Assembly (NCBI GenBank): GCA_038250865.1
Contig: JBBSBW010000031.1
Span: 8,260 to 72,259, forward strand
DNA: 64,000 nucleotides
Reading direction: 5' to 3'
DNA from: Thermoanaerobaculia bacterium
Lineage (GTDB): Bacteria > Acidobacteriota > Thermoanaerobaculia > Multivoradales > UBA5704
The position numbers and the translations under genes were made by a program. Shown here one piece after another: positions 27,740 to 37,539 of the stretch; position 1 is the stretch's first letter; each line of letters starts with the position of its first letter. The notes under the pieces are model-generated. The model made no database searches, was not told the DNA's origin, and was given only the letters and a program-made list of their open reading frames with translations.

Positions 27740-27825
27740 GGTCTCCTCCCGCGGACGTCAGGGGGCGGACTCCCTCGCAGCCTTACCATTCTCGCCCGGG
27801 AACCCTCCCGACCGACCCTTTTGGC

Positions 27826-27840
27826 GCGCCATCGTGCCGC
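27826..27840. promoter_or_regulatory. Candidate enhancer (UAS) palindrome GCG-N-CA-N3-TG-N-CGC
   Basis: GCGCCATCGTGCCGC lies about 87 nt upstream of the -24 box, next to a sigma54 activator operon. Confidence 0.4.
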
Positions 27841-27916
27841 AGTGCATAGCAGGTGGAGCGCTGCTACCATCCCCCTCCGCTGCACGTCTCTCGTCGTGGA
27901 GGTTTCCCGCCCCCTC

Positions 27917-29275
27917 ATGCCCGCCCGAGCCCCTCGCGCTTCCTTTCGGCACTCCGACACGCGGATCTGGTTGATCGCCGGCGCGGCTCTGCTGGTCACC
28001 CTCGCGCTCGCGGCGGGAATCGTGCTCGAAGAACGGCGCCTCACCGGCGGCGAGCAGCTGCTGGTTCGCACCGCCCGAAACGACGGCAGAAACCTCGCGG
28101 GCCTGCTCGCCTCAGAATTGAAAACCACCGGCTGCTCCCGGCTCGCGGAGACCGCCTCCGAAGATCGCTTCGAACGCAAAGCCGTCAAAGCCCTCGAGGC
28201 GTCCCCTGAGATCAGCTACCTCTACGTTCTCAACACGCGCGGCGAAATCGTCTGGAGCTCGAACGAGCGCACGCTCGGCAGCCTCTGGCGCGGCGGCACG
28301 CCGAAGGATTTCTTGAGCGAGGTCGATCAGCGGGCGAGAGTTCCCGACATCGGAGCCCCAAGCGACGCCGACGTCTTCGTCGAGATGGTCTCCGCGGCGG
28401 GCACCGCCCCGCGTTGCGGCGCGGTGGTCGTCGGACTGTCGGAGCAGGGGCTCGCCCGGCGTCTGCGCAGCGGCACCTCGCGGATTCTCGCGAGCCTCGC
28501 CGGCATTCTGTTTTCGATTCTGATCGCCGTGGGCGGCGTGAGCCTGGCGCTCGCCAATCGAAAAGGCGAAGAGATCCGACGCAGCGCCCAAGCCGAGCAC
28601 CTGGCCGAACTCGGGCTGCTCGCAGCCGGCTTGGCGCACGAGCTGAGAAATCCCTTGAACGCGATCCATTTCGCCTCGGACTCGCTGGCGCTCCGCGCCC
28701 GCCAGCTGGACACCGGCTCCTCAACCGAGATGGTGGAAATCACCAAAGAGATCTCCGACGAGGTCGGGGAGCTCGATCGCATCGTTCGCTCGTTTCTTTC
28801 CTATGCCCGCCAATCGCTGGAGGTGCCGGAGGACCTGGACGTCGCGGGAAACGCCCGCTCGGCGCTCCTGATCGCCCGCCCTGAGCTGGCGCGCTCGGGG
28901 GCCGAGGTCAAGCTCGAAGTTCCCGATCATCCGGTGGAGGCTCACCTGCTGGCCGGCCCGCTGCGCCAGGTCCTGGTCAACCTGCTCCAGAACGCGGCTC
29001 AGGCCTGTACGCTCGGCCATACGATCACCCTGCGCGTCACCGAGGCGGCGGAGTCGGTTCGTCTGGAGGTCGAAGACGACGGTCCCGGCGTACCCACCGA
29101 CCTGCGGCGCACGCTGTTCCAGCCCTTCGCCACCGGCCGCAAGGAAGGAACCGGCTTGGGGCTGGCGATCTGCCGGCGGCTGGTGACGGCGATGGAAGGA
29201 ACGATTACGTTGGAGCCGGTGCATCCTCGCGGCAGCCGTTTCGTCGTCGAGCTGCGCCGATTCCTGAGGCGTTGA
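27917..29275 (+). CDS. Sensor histidine kinase (2 TM, HisKA, HATPase_c)
   Basis: AHELRNPL, NLLQNA, DDGPG, FATGRKEGTGLGL; start uncertain. Confidence 0.92.
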   Translation: MPARAPRASFRHSDTRIWLIAGAALLVTLALAAGIVLEERRLTGGEQLLVRTARNDGRNLAGLLASELKTTGCSRLAETASEDRFERKAVKALEASPEISYLYVLNTRGEIVWSSNERTLGSLWRGGTPKDFLSEVDQRARVPDIGAPSDADVFVEMVSAAGTAPRCGAVVVGLSEQGLARRLRSGTSRILASLAGILFSILIAVGGVSLALANRKGEEIRRSAQAEHLAELGLLAAGLAHELRNPLNAIHFASDSLALRARQLDTGSSTEMVEITKEISDEVGELDRIVRSFLSYARQSLEVPEDLDVAGNARSALLIARPELARSGAEVKLEVPDHPVEAHLLAGPLRQVLVNLLQNAAQACTLGHTITLRVTEAAESVRLEVEDDGPGVPTDLRRTLFQPFATGRKEGTGLGLAICRRLVTAMEGTITLEPVHPRGSRFVVELRRFLRR

Positions 29276-29278
29276 ACG

Positions 29279-30685
29279 ATGACGACCCAGATCCCCATTC
29301 ACGTGCTTCTGGTGGAAGACGACGAGGCAGGCCAGAAGGCGCTGGCCCGTTACCTCCGCGATGTCGGCTTCGCGGTGACCGCCGTGTCGGACGCCGAGGC
29401 GGCGGAGGCCAAGGTGGCGGAGGGCGACTTTTCCGTCCTGCTCACCGACTACAAGCTGCCCGGCATCGACGGCATCGAGCTGGTCCGGCGGGTCAAGGCG
29501 CGCGCCCCGAACTGCCCCTGCCTGATGATCACCGCGCACGGCGAGGTCCAAAGCGCGGTCGAGGCGATGCGCGCCGGGGCCAGCCATTTCGTCGAGAAGC
29601 CGGTGAACTCGGCCCTGCTGGTCGAGCTGATCAAAGAGGCGTACGAAAAGCACGCGATGCGGCTGGAGTTGGATCTGCTCCGCCGCCAGCTCAACGACCG
29701 CTACGGCTTCGACGGCCTGGTCGGCAACTCCCCCTCCATGCGCGCGGTGCTGGATCGGATCAAGCTCGCCGCCCCCGCCTCCTCGACCGTACTGATCACC
29801 GGCGAGTCGGGAACCGGCAAGGAGGTGGTGGCCCGCGCGCTGCATTTGAACAGCCTGCGCAAAAACGGGCCGTTCATCGCGGTCAACTGTGCCGCCCTGT
29901 CCGAGAGCCTGGTCGAGAGCGAGCTGTTCGGCCACGAGAAAGGAGCCTTTACCGGCGCCCTCGCCACCCGCCGCGGCTTTTTCGAGGCGGCGGAGGGCGG
30001 GACTCTCTTCATCGACGAGGTCGGCGACCTACCGCTGGCACTTCAGCCGAAGATCCTCCGCGCCCTGGAGCTGCGGGCGATCACCCGCGTCGGCTCGACC
30101 CGCGAGGTGCCGATCGACGTGCGGATCATCGCCGCCACCCATCAGGGGCTGGAAGGGATGATCAAGGAGGGCCGCTTCCGCGCCGACCTCTACTACCGCT
30201 TGGCGGTGATCCGGATCGAGCTGCCCGCCCTGGAAAGCCGCCGCGGCGACGTCCGGCTCCTGATCGCGTCATTTCTCGAAACGCTCGCGGAAACCACCGG
30301 ACGGCCGCCGTGCGAGATCAGCCCCGAAGCGCTCGACGCCCTGGAGTGCTACGACTGGCCGGGCAACGTCCGCGAGCTGAAAAACGTCATGGAGTCGCTG
30401 GTCGTTCTCAACGCCAGTGGCCGCATCGACCTCGAAGACCTGCCGGCCGCAATCCTGCGCGGGCCGTCGACCGCCAGTACCGAACCCACCACCGAACCGG
30501 TCGCCGAGCCGAACTCGGCGCCGGCCACCCGGCCCGCGCAGCTCCCCACCCTGTTCGAGGTGGAGAAAAAGACGATCCTCGCGACGCTCGAATCCTGCGG
30601 CGGCAACCGAACCCGCGCCGCCCAAGTGCTGGGGATCGGCCTGCGGACGATCCAGCGGAAGCTGCGCGAGTTCGGCTACGACTAA
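29279..30685 (+). CDS. NtrC/AtoC-family sigma54-dependent response regulator
   Basis: REC (VEDD, TDYKLP), GESGTGKE, GAFTGA, DEVGD, WPGNVREL and a Fis-type HTH. Confidence 0.95.
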   Translation: MTTQIPIHVLLVEDDEAGQKALARYLRDVGFAVTAVSDAEAAEAKVAEGDFSVLLTDYKLPGIDGIELVRRVKARAPNCPCLMITAHGEVQSAVEAMRAGASHFVEKPVNSALLVELIKEAYEKHAMRLELDLLRRQLNDRYGFDGLVGNSPSMRAVLDRIKLAAPASSTVLITGESGTGKEVVARALHLNSLRKNGPFIAVNCAALSESLVESELFGHEKGAFTGALATRRGFFEAAEGGTLFIDEVGDLPLALQPKILRALELRAITRVGSTREVPIDVRIIAATHQGLEGMIKEGRFRADLYYRLAVIRIELPALESRRGDVRLLIASFLETLAETTGRPPCEISPEALDALECYDWPGNVRELKNVMESLVVLNASGRIDLEDLPAAILRGPSTASTEPTTEPVAEPNSAPATRPAQLPTLFEVEKKTILATLESCGGNRTRAAQVLGIGLRTIQRKLREFGYD

Positions 30686-30740
30686 TGATCCGGATCGGCC
30701 TTGATCTGATCCGCCGGTGTATGCACCACGCAGCACGCGC

Positions 30741-30802
30741 GTAGAGACGCCCCCAGTACCCAACCACCAACCTCCCCGGGTGCTGGCCGTCGGGGCGTCT
30801 CC
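30741..30802 (-). repeat. GTAG-type REP-like element, copy A
   Basis: GTAGAGACGCC...GGCGTCTCC; its reverse complement aligns with the copies at 30910, 63085 and 63172. Confidence 0.8.
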
Positions 30803-30909
30803 GCCGCAGCCACGGTCGCCGCGATCAATCGCGAACCCCATCCAACCTACCGATCCCGGGATGGCGCGCCCGATGGGCGATCGTGGCCGCTGTCGCACCG
30901 CCTTTCCGC

Positions 30910-30971
30910 GGAGACGCCCCGACGACGGTGGACCCGGTTCTGTCGTGGTTGGGTACTGGGGTCGTCTCTAC
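30910..30971 (+). repeat. GTAG-type REP-like element, copy B (inverted relative to A)
   Basis: GGAGACGCCCCGAC...GGTTGGGTACTGGGGTCGTCTCTAC. Confidence 0.8.
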
Positions 30972-31019
30972 CCCTGCTGCGGTTCGGCGGCTCCAGTACC
31001 CAAACCCTTTGGGCATCTG

Positions 31020-31817
31020 TCAGACCACCACCGGCACGTGGGTGACCTCTCCGTCCTCCAACCGCATTGCCGTCAACGCTCTGCCCCAGGCGCAGCCGGA
31101 GTCGAGGCAGATCACCCCGTCGGCGCGGTGGTAGCCGAGGGCGGCCCAGTGGCCGAAGAGGATCGTGAGGCCGTCGGGGCGGCGGTTGGGAAGGTGGTAC
31201 CAGGGGGTGAGGCCCGGCGGAGCGCTGTCGGGGGGGCCGCTGTAGGGGGAGAGGCGGCCGTTCCGTTCGAAGGTCCGGACGCGGGTGAGGATGGAGAGGA
31301 CGTAGCGGCGGCGTTCGGTGCCTCGTAGCGTCGTGGCCCAGGTGCCGGGGGTGTCGCGGGCGGGGTCGATGGTGCGCTGGAAGCGCTCGTTCCTTAGCCC
31401 CACCTCCACCTCGGCGGCGAGGGCTGCCGCTTGGTTCGGGGTCCATCCGGGGTGGAGGCCGGCGTGGACCAGCAGCCACTCCCCTTCCCGGTGGACCAGC
31501 GGCTGCCGACGGAGCCAGTCGAGCAGGTCGGCTCGGTCGGGGGCGGCCAGCACTTCGTCCAGCGTGTCGCGGCGCTTCGGCTCGGCGAGCCCTTCGGCTC
31601 GGGCTAGGAGGTGGATGTCGTGATTGCCAAGGACCACCAGCGCCCGGTCGCCGAGGCCCATCACCCGGCGGAGGACGCCGAGCGAATCGGGTCCCCGATT
31701 GACCAAGTCGCCGCAGAACCAGAGGCGGTCGGCCTTGGGGTCGAACCGGATCTCGGCGAGCAACCGGTCGAGGGTCGGTAAGTGGCCGTGGACGTCGCCG
31801 ATCACATAGGTCGGCAC
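31020..31817 (-). CDS. apaH: Symmetrical bis(5'-nucleosyl)-tetraphosphatase
   Basis: IGDVHG, GDLVNRGPDS, LGNHD, VHAG, FGHWAALG and LDSGCAWG. Confidence 0.95.
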   Translation of the reverse strand: MPTYVIGDVHGHLPTLDRLLAEIRFDPKADRLWFCGDLVNRGPDSLGVLRRVMGLGDRALVVLGNHDIHLLARAEGLAEPKRRDTLDEVLAAPDRADLLDWLRRQPLVHREGEWLLVHAGLHPGWTPNQAAALAAEVEVGLRNERFQRTIDPARDTPGTWATTLRGTERRRYVLSILTRVRTFERNGRLSPYSGPPDSAPPGLTPWYHLPNRRPDGLTILFGHWAALGYHRADGVICLDSGCAWGRALTAMRLEDGEVTHVPVVV

Positions 31818-31826
31818 GGGGGACAG

Positions 31827-33635
31827 CTACCCTTTCGCCGCGCGCACCGCGGCGAGCACCGCCTCTTGGGTCAGAAGCTCGCTGAACACGTGCGGTTCGG
31901 CGCCCGGGCGGTAGAGGACGTAAAAAGGGATGCCGTAGCGGCCGTGCTCGGCCAGAAAGGCGCCGATCTCATCGTTGCGGTTGGTCCAGTCGGCTTTCAT
32001 CGCCAGCACGTGATGCTCTTTGAACGCCCCGGCGACCTCGTCGGTCTCGAGCACCAGGCGCTCGTTCACCTTGCAGGTAAAGCACCAGTCGGCCGTGACG
32101 TCGACGAACACCGTCTGGCCCCCTTGGGCGAGGGTTTCGGCCTGGGTGCGATCGAACGGCACCCAGGCGATCAGCTTCTGGGCCGGCTCACCTGTGTGGA
32201 CCGTCGCCCCGATCGGACCCGACGAGCTGGCCAGCCAGACGGTCCCGGCGACCGCGGCGACCAGCGCCAGGCTCGCGATCGGCCGGAGCTGGCCGTAGCG
32301 GCCCCGGCTGCCGAGCCAGGCGATCAGCGCCAACCCCAGCAGGGCGAGCTGGATCAACGCGAGCGTCTGCGGCGAGACCTGGGAAGAGAGGACGAAGAAC
32401 AGCCAGACCGCGGCGGCGGCGAGCAGGAAGCCCATGATCCCTTTGAGCGTCTCCATCCAGACGCCCGGCCGGGGGAGGAAGCGGGCGACCGACGGCACCG
32501 CGGCGACCAGCAGGTAGGGCAGCGCCATGCCGAGCCCGACGGCGGTGAACGTGGCGAGGATCGTCCCTGCGCTTTGGGCGAGAGCGAAGCCGAGCGCCGA
32601 GCCGAGGAACGGCGCGGAGCAGGGGGTCGCCATCAGGGTCGCGAACAGCCCCGAGACGAAGTGCCCCGCCGTCCCCTCCCGCCCTTCGGCGCCACCGATC
32701 GCCGCGAGGCGTCCGGGCAGGGGGATCTCGAACACGCCCCAAAGGTTGAGCGAAAAGAGCACGACGATCGCAGCCAGGAACGCGACGAAGCCCGGCTGCT
32801 GGAACTGCACGCCCCAGCCGACCGCGTTGCCCGCCGAACGGGCGGCGATCGCCGCCGCTCCGAGAGCCCAGAACGAGACCAGCATGCCGGCCGCCGTGGC
32901 GAGCATGCCGCGCGCGATCTCGCGCCGGCCACCCGCGGCACTCTGCACCAGGCCGAAGATCTTGAGCGAGAGGATCGGCAGCACGCAGGGCATGGCGTTC
33001 AGGATCAGCCCGCCGAGAAAGGCGAGCGCCAGAATGCCGAGCAGCCCGCGGGCCGAGACCGGCGGTTTCGCCGCTTTCCCGGCCGCCGGATTGGTGCCCG
33101 GCGGGGCGAGTTGCGCCGCCGCCGCGGTCGGTTCGCCCTCCGCTCCGACGGCCAAGTCGAGCGTCGCCTCGGCGGTGGTCGGCGGCAGGCACTGGCGGTC
33201 GTTGCACGACTGATAGGAGAGGACGGCCTTGACCGGCGCATGGTTCGCCGTCGATTTCGCGGGGACGGCGAAGCGCACGATGGCGATCGCCGAGCCGTCG
33301 AACACCGAGAGCGGCTCCTCTTGGAAGGAGAACTTCTTCATCTTCGCCGCCGGGTAGGTGATCACGGGCGTCGCCCAGCCGTCCGGCAGGGTCACTTCCA
33401 GCTTCGTCGGGATCAGGTATTCGAGCGTCGGCTTGTCGCTGTTGACGTGCCAGCCGTCCTCAATGGTGATCGCAGCGATCAGGGCCGCCTGGCTCCCCGG
33501 CGCGTAGGAGGTGCGGTCGGCTTCGAGCACCAGTTTCGCCTTGTGCGGATCGAATTCGTCCGACTGCGCCGCAAGCGGACCGGAAAGGGCGAGCGCGAGG
33601 AGCAGAAGGAAGGCTAGGCGGCGTCTCGAAGTCAT
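31827..33635 (-). CDS. dsbD: Thiol:disulfide interchange protein DsbD family
   Basis: Start MTSRRR. N-terminal CNDRQC, TM motifs MPCVLP and ATPCSAP, C-terminal thioredoxin WCFTC. Confidence 0.9.
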   Translation of the reverse strand: MTSRRRLAFLLLLALALSGPLAAQSDEFDPHKAKLVLEADRTSYAPGSQAALIAAITIEDGWHVNSDKPTLEYLIPTKLEVTLPDGWATPVITYPAAKMKKFSFQEEPLSVFDGSAIAIVRFAVPAKSTANHAPVKAVLSYQSCNDRQCLPPTTAEATLDLAVGAEGEPTAAAAQLAPPGTNPAAGKAAKPPVSARGLLGILALAFLGGLILNAMPCVLPILSLKIFGLVQSAAGGRREIARGMLATAAGMLVSFWALGAAAIAARSAGNAVGWGVQFQQPGFVAFLAAIVVLFSLNLWGVFEIPLPGRLAAIGGAEGREGTAGHFVSGLFATLMATPCSAPFLGSALGFALAQSAGTILATFTAVGLGMALPYLLVAAVPSVARFLPRPGVWMETLKGIMGFLLAAAAVWLFFVLSSQVSPQTLALIQLALLGLALIAWLGSRGRYGQLRPIASLALVAAVAGTVWLASSSGPIGATVHTGEPAQKLIAWVPFDRTQAETLAQGGQTVFVDVTADWCFTCKVNERLVLETDEVAGAFKEHHVLAMKADWTNRNDEIGAFLAEHGRYGIPFYVLYRPGAEPHVFSELLTQEAVLAAVRAAKG

Positions 33636-33804
33636 TCGATGTCCTCGGAGGGGGCGCCCGGAAAGCGCAGAGAAGCGCCGGGGCGGGTGCCAGGGGCTCG
33701 TTCGCGGGCGCGGCAGGCAGGGATCTTCCGGGTCCGCCCGCGTTAACGAGCCGGAGGCCGCGGTTCGCCCCGGCAGGTTGGAGAATAGCAAAATTGCGGG
33801 CACC

Positions 33805-33821
33805 GTAGGGGCGGCCCCTAC
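33805..33821. repeat. Short GTAG palindrome GTAGGGGCGGCCCCTAC overlapping a stop codon
   Basis: Inverted repeat whose CTA (33818-33820) is the TAG stop of the GNAT gene. Confidence 0.45.
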
Positions 33822-34351
33822 ACCACGTACCGGGACCGCAGCAGCGCGAACATCCAGGCGTCCAGGTCCCGGCCGTGGAAGCGGAGCCGGTCGTGGGCGA
33901 TCCCCTCGGGCAGCGCGCCCACCTTCTCTGCCACCCGGGCGCTGGGGCGGTTGCCCACCGCAACGACGATCTCCAGGCGCACCAGCCCGGTCTTGGCGAA
34001 CGCGAAGGCGGCGAGCTGCCGCACCGCTTCGGTCGCCACCCCGACACGCGTCTCGGAGGTCCGGACCCAGAAGCCGAGATTGGCGATCCGCCCGCCCGGC
34101 CGGATCGCGTTCAGGCCGCACACGCCGAGCATTCGCTCTTCGGGGGTGCCTTCGGACCGGACGATCGCCATCTCGTAGGCCGCCTTGGTATCCCAGGCCC
34201 CCTCGGCGCTCGCGATGAAGGTCCGCGCGTCGTCGACCGAATAATGAGGGTGGCACCAGGGCATCCAGAGGCGAATCTGCTCGAAAGACTCGCGCACCGC
34301 CTCGGTCAGGTTCTCCGCGTCGTCGAGGCGGAAGCGGCGGAGGGAGATCAT
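33818..34351 (-). CDS. GNAT-family N-acetyltransferase (RimJ/RimL-like)
   Basis: WMPWC, NLGFWV...RVGVATEA, NRPSARVAEKVG. Confidence 0.9.
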   Translation of the reverse strand: MISLRRFRLDDAENLTEAVRESFEQIRLWMPWCHPHYSVDDARTFIASAEGAWDTKAAYEMAIVRSEGTPEERMLGVCGLNAIRPGGRIANLGFWVRTSETRVGVATEAVRQLAAFAFAKTGLVRLEIVVAVGNRPSARVAEKVGALPEGIAHDRLRFHGRDLDAWMFALLRSRYVV

Positions 34352-34408
34352 GGGTGCAGAAGATTGTAGCGCCCGATCCCTTCCGGCGCCTCTGATACCA
34401 TTCCGCCC

Positions 34409-35578
34409 GTGAAACTCGCATCAAGGATGTCTCGCGTCGGCGAATCCGCCACGCTCAAGGTGGCTCGTCGCGCTCTCGCGCTCAAAAGCCAGGGGGTCGA
34501 TCTGGTCGACCTCGGCGCCGGGGAGCCCGATTTCCCCACTCCCAACATCGCCGTCGAAGCCGCCTGCGCCGCCCTCCGCGACGGTTTTACCAAATACACC
34601 GCCGGCAGCGGCACTCCCGAGCTGCGCGGCGCCGTGGCGGAACACTACCGCGCCCGTTTCGGCTCCCACTGGGCGGCGGCCCAGACGGTGATCTCGGTCG
34701 GCGGCAAGGCCGGACTGTTCGAGATCGCCATGTCGATCGCCGAACCAGGGGTGGAGATCGTCCTCCCTTCGCCCTGCTGGGTGAGCCTGCCGGCGCAGAT
34801 CGAGCTGGCGGGCGGCACGCCGGTGATGGTTCCGAGCTGTCCCGACGACGGCTTCGCGCTCCACGCCGAGGCGCTGCTCGCCGCGGTGACCGAACGGACC
34901 CGGGCGATCCTGATCAACTCGCCGTCGAATCCGACCGGCGGACTGATCTCGCCTTCCGAGCTGCGCGCCCTGGTCGAAGGCGCCGCCGCCCGGGAGATTC
35001 TGGTGATCGCCGACGAGACCTACGCCCGGCTGGTGTACGACGGCGCGCCGATCGCGACCGTCGCCTCGCTCGCCGCCGAGTTTCCCAACACCGTGGTGCT
35101 CGCCGGCTCGTTTTCGAAGACCTACGCGATGACCGGATGGCGGGTGGGCTACGTGCTCGGTCCGCCGGAGCTGATCGCTGCGGTGGAAGGGGTGCAGAGC
35201 CACGTCACCTCGAACCCGACCTCGTTCGCCATGGTCGGCGCGCTCGCGGCGCTTCAAAACGCCGAGCCGGAGGTCGAGCGGATGATCGCGATCTACCAGG
35301 AGCGGCGCGATTTCCTGATCCCCCGGCTGAACGCGATCCCCGGCCTCACCTGCGCCCCTCCGGGCGGCGCGTTCTATGCTTTCCCCCGGGCGACCGACGT
35401 GTTTGCGCCCGGCCGGTCGAATTCGGTCGAACTCGCCGAGTTTCTACTCGAAGAGGCGCGCGTCGCCGTCGTGCCCGGCTCGGCGTTCGGCGCCGACGAC
35501 CACATCCGGCTGTCGTTTGCGACCTCGCTCGAAGAGCTGGGCCGCGGCGTCGAGCGGATCGCGGCGGCGCTCTCCTGA
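34409..35578 (+). CDS. Aspartate aminotransferase-like, class I/II
   Basis: GEPDF, NSPSNPTG, DETY, SFSKTYAMTGWRVGY and IRLSFA. Confidence 0.95.
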   Translation: MKLASRMSRVGESATLKVARRALALKSQGVDLVDLGAGEPDFPTPNIAVEAACAALRDGFTKYTAGSGTPELRGAVAEHYRARFGSHWAAAQTVISVGGKAGLFEIAMSIAEPGVEIVLPSPCWVSLPAQIELAGGTPVMVPSCPDDGFALHAEALLAAVTERTRAILINSPSNPTGGLISPSELRALVEGAAAREILVIADETYARLVYDGAPIATVASLAAEFPNTVVLAGSFSKTYAMTGWRVGYVLGPPELIAAVEGVQSHVTSNPTSFAMVGALAALQNAEPEVERMIAIYQERRDFLIPRLNAIPGLTCAPPGGAFYAFPRATDVFAPGRSNSVELAEFLLEEARVAVVPGSAFGADDHIRLSFATSLEELGRGVERIAAALS

Positions 35579-35637
35579 TCTCCAAGGCCGCCCTGCGGCC
35601 GGCTCCGCTCTTAACGTTCCCGTTTTGGAGGACACCG

Positions 35638-37485
35638 ATGACCTTGCGATTCAAATTCAACTCCCGGGTGCTCGCGCTCAGCCTCGGCACCGGCCTCCTG
35701 GCGTTCGCGCCCGTTGCGGCCCGCGCGGCCAACCCGGCCAGCCAGGCCGACACCCCGGCGCCCACCGTGGAAGAGGCGACGCAGTTCGTCGCCGAAGCCG
35801 AACAGCGCCTGACCGACCTCGGCCTCGAAGCCCAGCGCACCGACTGGGTGAAGCAGAACTTCATCACCTCGGACACCGAAGTGCTCTCGGCCAAGGCCGG
35901 CGAGCGGGCGGTGACCGCGGCGGTCGAATACGCCAAGAAGGCGCCGCGCTACGACGGCCTCGCGGTCCCGGCCGACGTGCGGCGGAAGCTCGAATTCTTG
36001 AAGCTGTCGCTGGTGGTACCCGCTCCGAGCGATCCGAAGAAGACCACAGAGCTGTCGCAGATCACCGCCTCGCTCGATGCCGACTACGGCCGCGGCAAGT
36101 ACTGCCCGCCGGGCAAAGAGTGCATGGACATCGAAAAGCTCTCCGACATCATGGACGCGAGCCAGAACCCCGCGGAGCTGCTCGAAGCCTGGAAGGGGTG
36201 GCACGCGATCGCCCCGCCGATGAAGGAGCGTTTCGAGCGCTACGTCGAGCTGGGCAACGAAGGGGCGCGCGAGCTGGGCTATAAGGACATGGGAGCGCTC
36301 TGGCGCTCGAAGTACGACATGCCGGCGGACGACTTCGCCAAAGAGGTCGACCGGCTGTGGAATCAGGTCAAGCCGCTTTACGACCAGCTCCATTGCTACG
36401 TGCGGGCCAAGCTGACGGCCAAATACGGCGCCGACGTGGTGAAGCCGGGCGAGCCGATCCCCGCGCACCTGCTGGGCAATATGTGGGCGCAGGACTGGAG
36501 CAACGTCTACCCGCTGGTCGCCCCCCCGACCGCCGATCCCGGCTACGTCCTCACCGACCGGCTCAAAGCGAAAGGGACCACCGAAATCGGCATGGTCAAG
36601 TACGGCGAGGCGTTCTTCACCTCGCTCGGCTTTGCCCCTCTGCCGGCGACGTTTTGGGAGCGTTCGCTGATCGTCCAGCCGAAGGACCGCGAGGTGGTCT
36701 GCCACGCGAGCGCCTGGGACATCGACAACGAGGAAGACCTGCGGATCAAGATGTGCACCCAGGTCAACTCCGAAGACTTCCAAACCATCCACCACGAGCT
36801 GGGTCACAACTTTTACCAGCGCGCCTACAACAAGCAGCCGAACTTCTTCCGCGACAGCGCGAACGACGGTTTCCACGAGGCGGTGGGCGACACGATCGCT
36901 CTCTCGATCACGCCGGAGTATCTGAAGAAGATCGGCCTGATCGACACCGTCCCCGATCCGTCCAAAGACATCGGCCTGCTGCTCGACCGCGCGCTCGACA
37001 AGATCGCCTTCCTGCCGTTCGGCCTGATGGTCGACCAATGGCGCTGGAAGGTCTTCTCGGGCGAGATCACGCCGGACCACTACAACGAGAGCTGGTGGCA
37101 GCTGCGCAAGAAGTACCAGGGCGTTCAGCCGCCGGTGCCGCGCACCGAGGCCGACTTCGACGCAGCGGCGAAGTACCACGTGGCGGCGAGCGTTCCCTAC
37201 ACCCGTTATTTCCTCGCCGCGATCCTCCAGTTCCAATTCCACCGCGCGCTCTGCCAGGCCGCGGGGGTGGAAGGCCCGCTGAACCGCTGCTCGATCTACG
37301 GCAACAAGGTGGCGGGCGCCAAGCTCGAAAAGATGCTCGCGATGGGCGCGAGCCGCCCCTGGCCCGATGCTCTAGAAGCGCTCACCGGCAGCCGGCAGAT
37401 GGACGCCACGGCGATCGTCGATTATTTCCAGCCGCTTCTGGTCTGGTTGAAGGACCAGAACAAGGGCCAGAAGTGCGGCTGGTGA
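35638..37485 (+). CDS. M2-family metallopeptidase (peptidyl-dipeptidase A, ACE-like)
   Basis: Signal peptide, HLLGNMWAQDW, HHELGH (HExxH), GFHEAVGD and KYHV...PYTRYF. Confidence 0.95.
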   Translation: MTLRFKFNSRVLALSLGTGLLAFAPVAARAANPASQADTPAPTVEEATQFVAEAEQRLTDLGLEAQRTDWVKQNFITSDTEVLSAKAGERAVTAAVEYAKKAPRYDGLAVPADVRRKLEFLKLSLVVPAPSDPKKTTELSQITASLDADYGRGKYCPPGKECMDIEKLSDIMDASQNPAELLEAWKGWHAIAPPMKERFERYVELGNEGARELGYKDMGALWRSKYDMPADDFAKEVDRLWNQVKPLYDQLHCYVRAKLTAKYGADVVKPGEPIPAHLLGNMWAQDWSNVYPLVAPPTADPGYVLTDRLKAKGTTEIGMVKYGEAFFTSLGFAPLPATFWERSLIVQPKDREVVCHASAWDIDNEEDLRIKMCTQVNSEDFQTIHHELGHNFYQRAYNKQPNFFRDSANDGFHEAVGDTIALSITPEYLKKIGLIDTVPDPSKDIGLLLDRALDKIAFLPFGLMVDQWRWKVFSGEITPDHYNESWWQLRKKYQGVQPPVPRTEADFDAAAKYHVAASVPYTRYFLAAILQFQFHRALCQAAGVEGPLNRCSIYGNKVAGAKLEKMLAMGASRPWPDALEALTGSRQMDATAIVDYFQPLLVWLKDQNKGQKCGW

Positions 37486-37539
37486 GGCGGTTGATCGGAT
37501 AAATCCGGGGCCGGGCCGAACCGCGGTAGTCTTGCCGCC

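Noticed and set aside
27821-27840. Second sigma54 promoter on the plus strand (TGGCGC...TGC)
   Set aside because: GG-to-GC spacing is one base too long.
30717-31479. ORFs spanning the REP composite
   Set aside because: They are translations of repeat DNA and of the apaH antisense strand.
31827-34424. 865-aa DsbD as given in the ORF track
   Set aside because: The upstream extension overlaps the GNAT gene in another frame; the signal peptide indicates a start at 33635.
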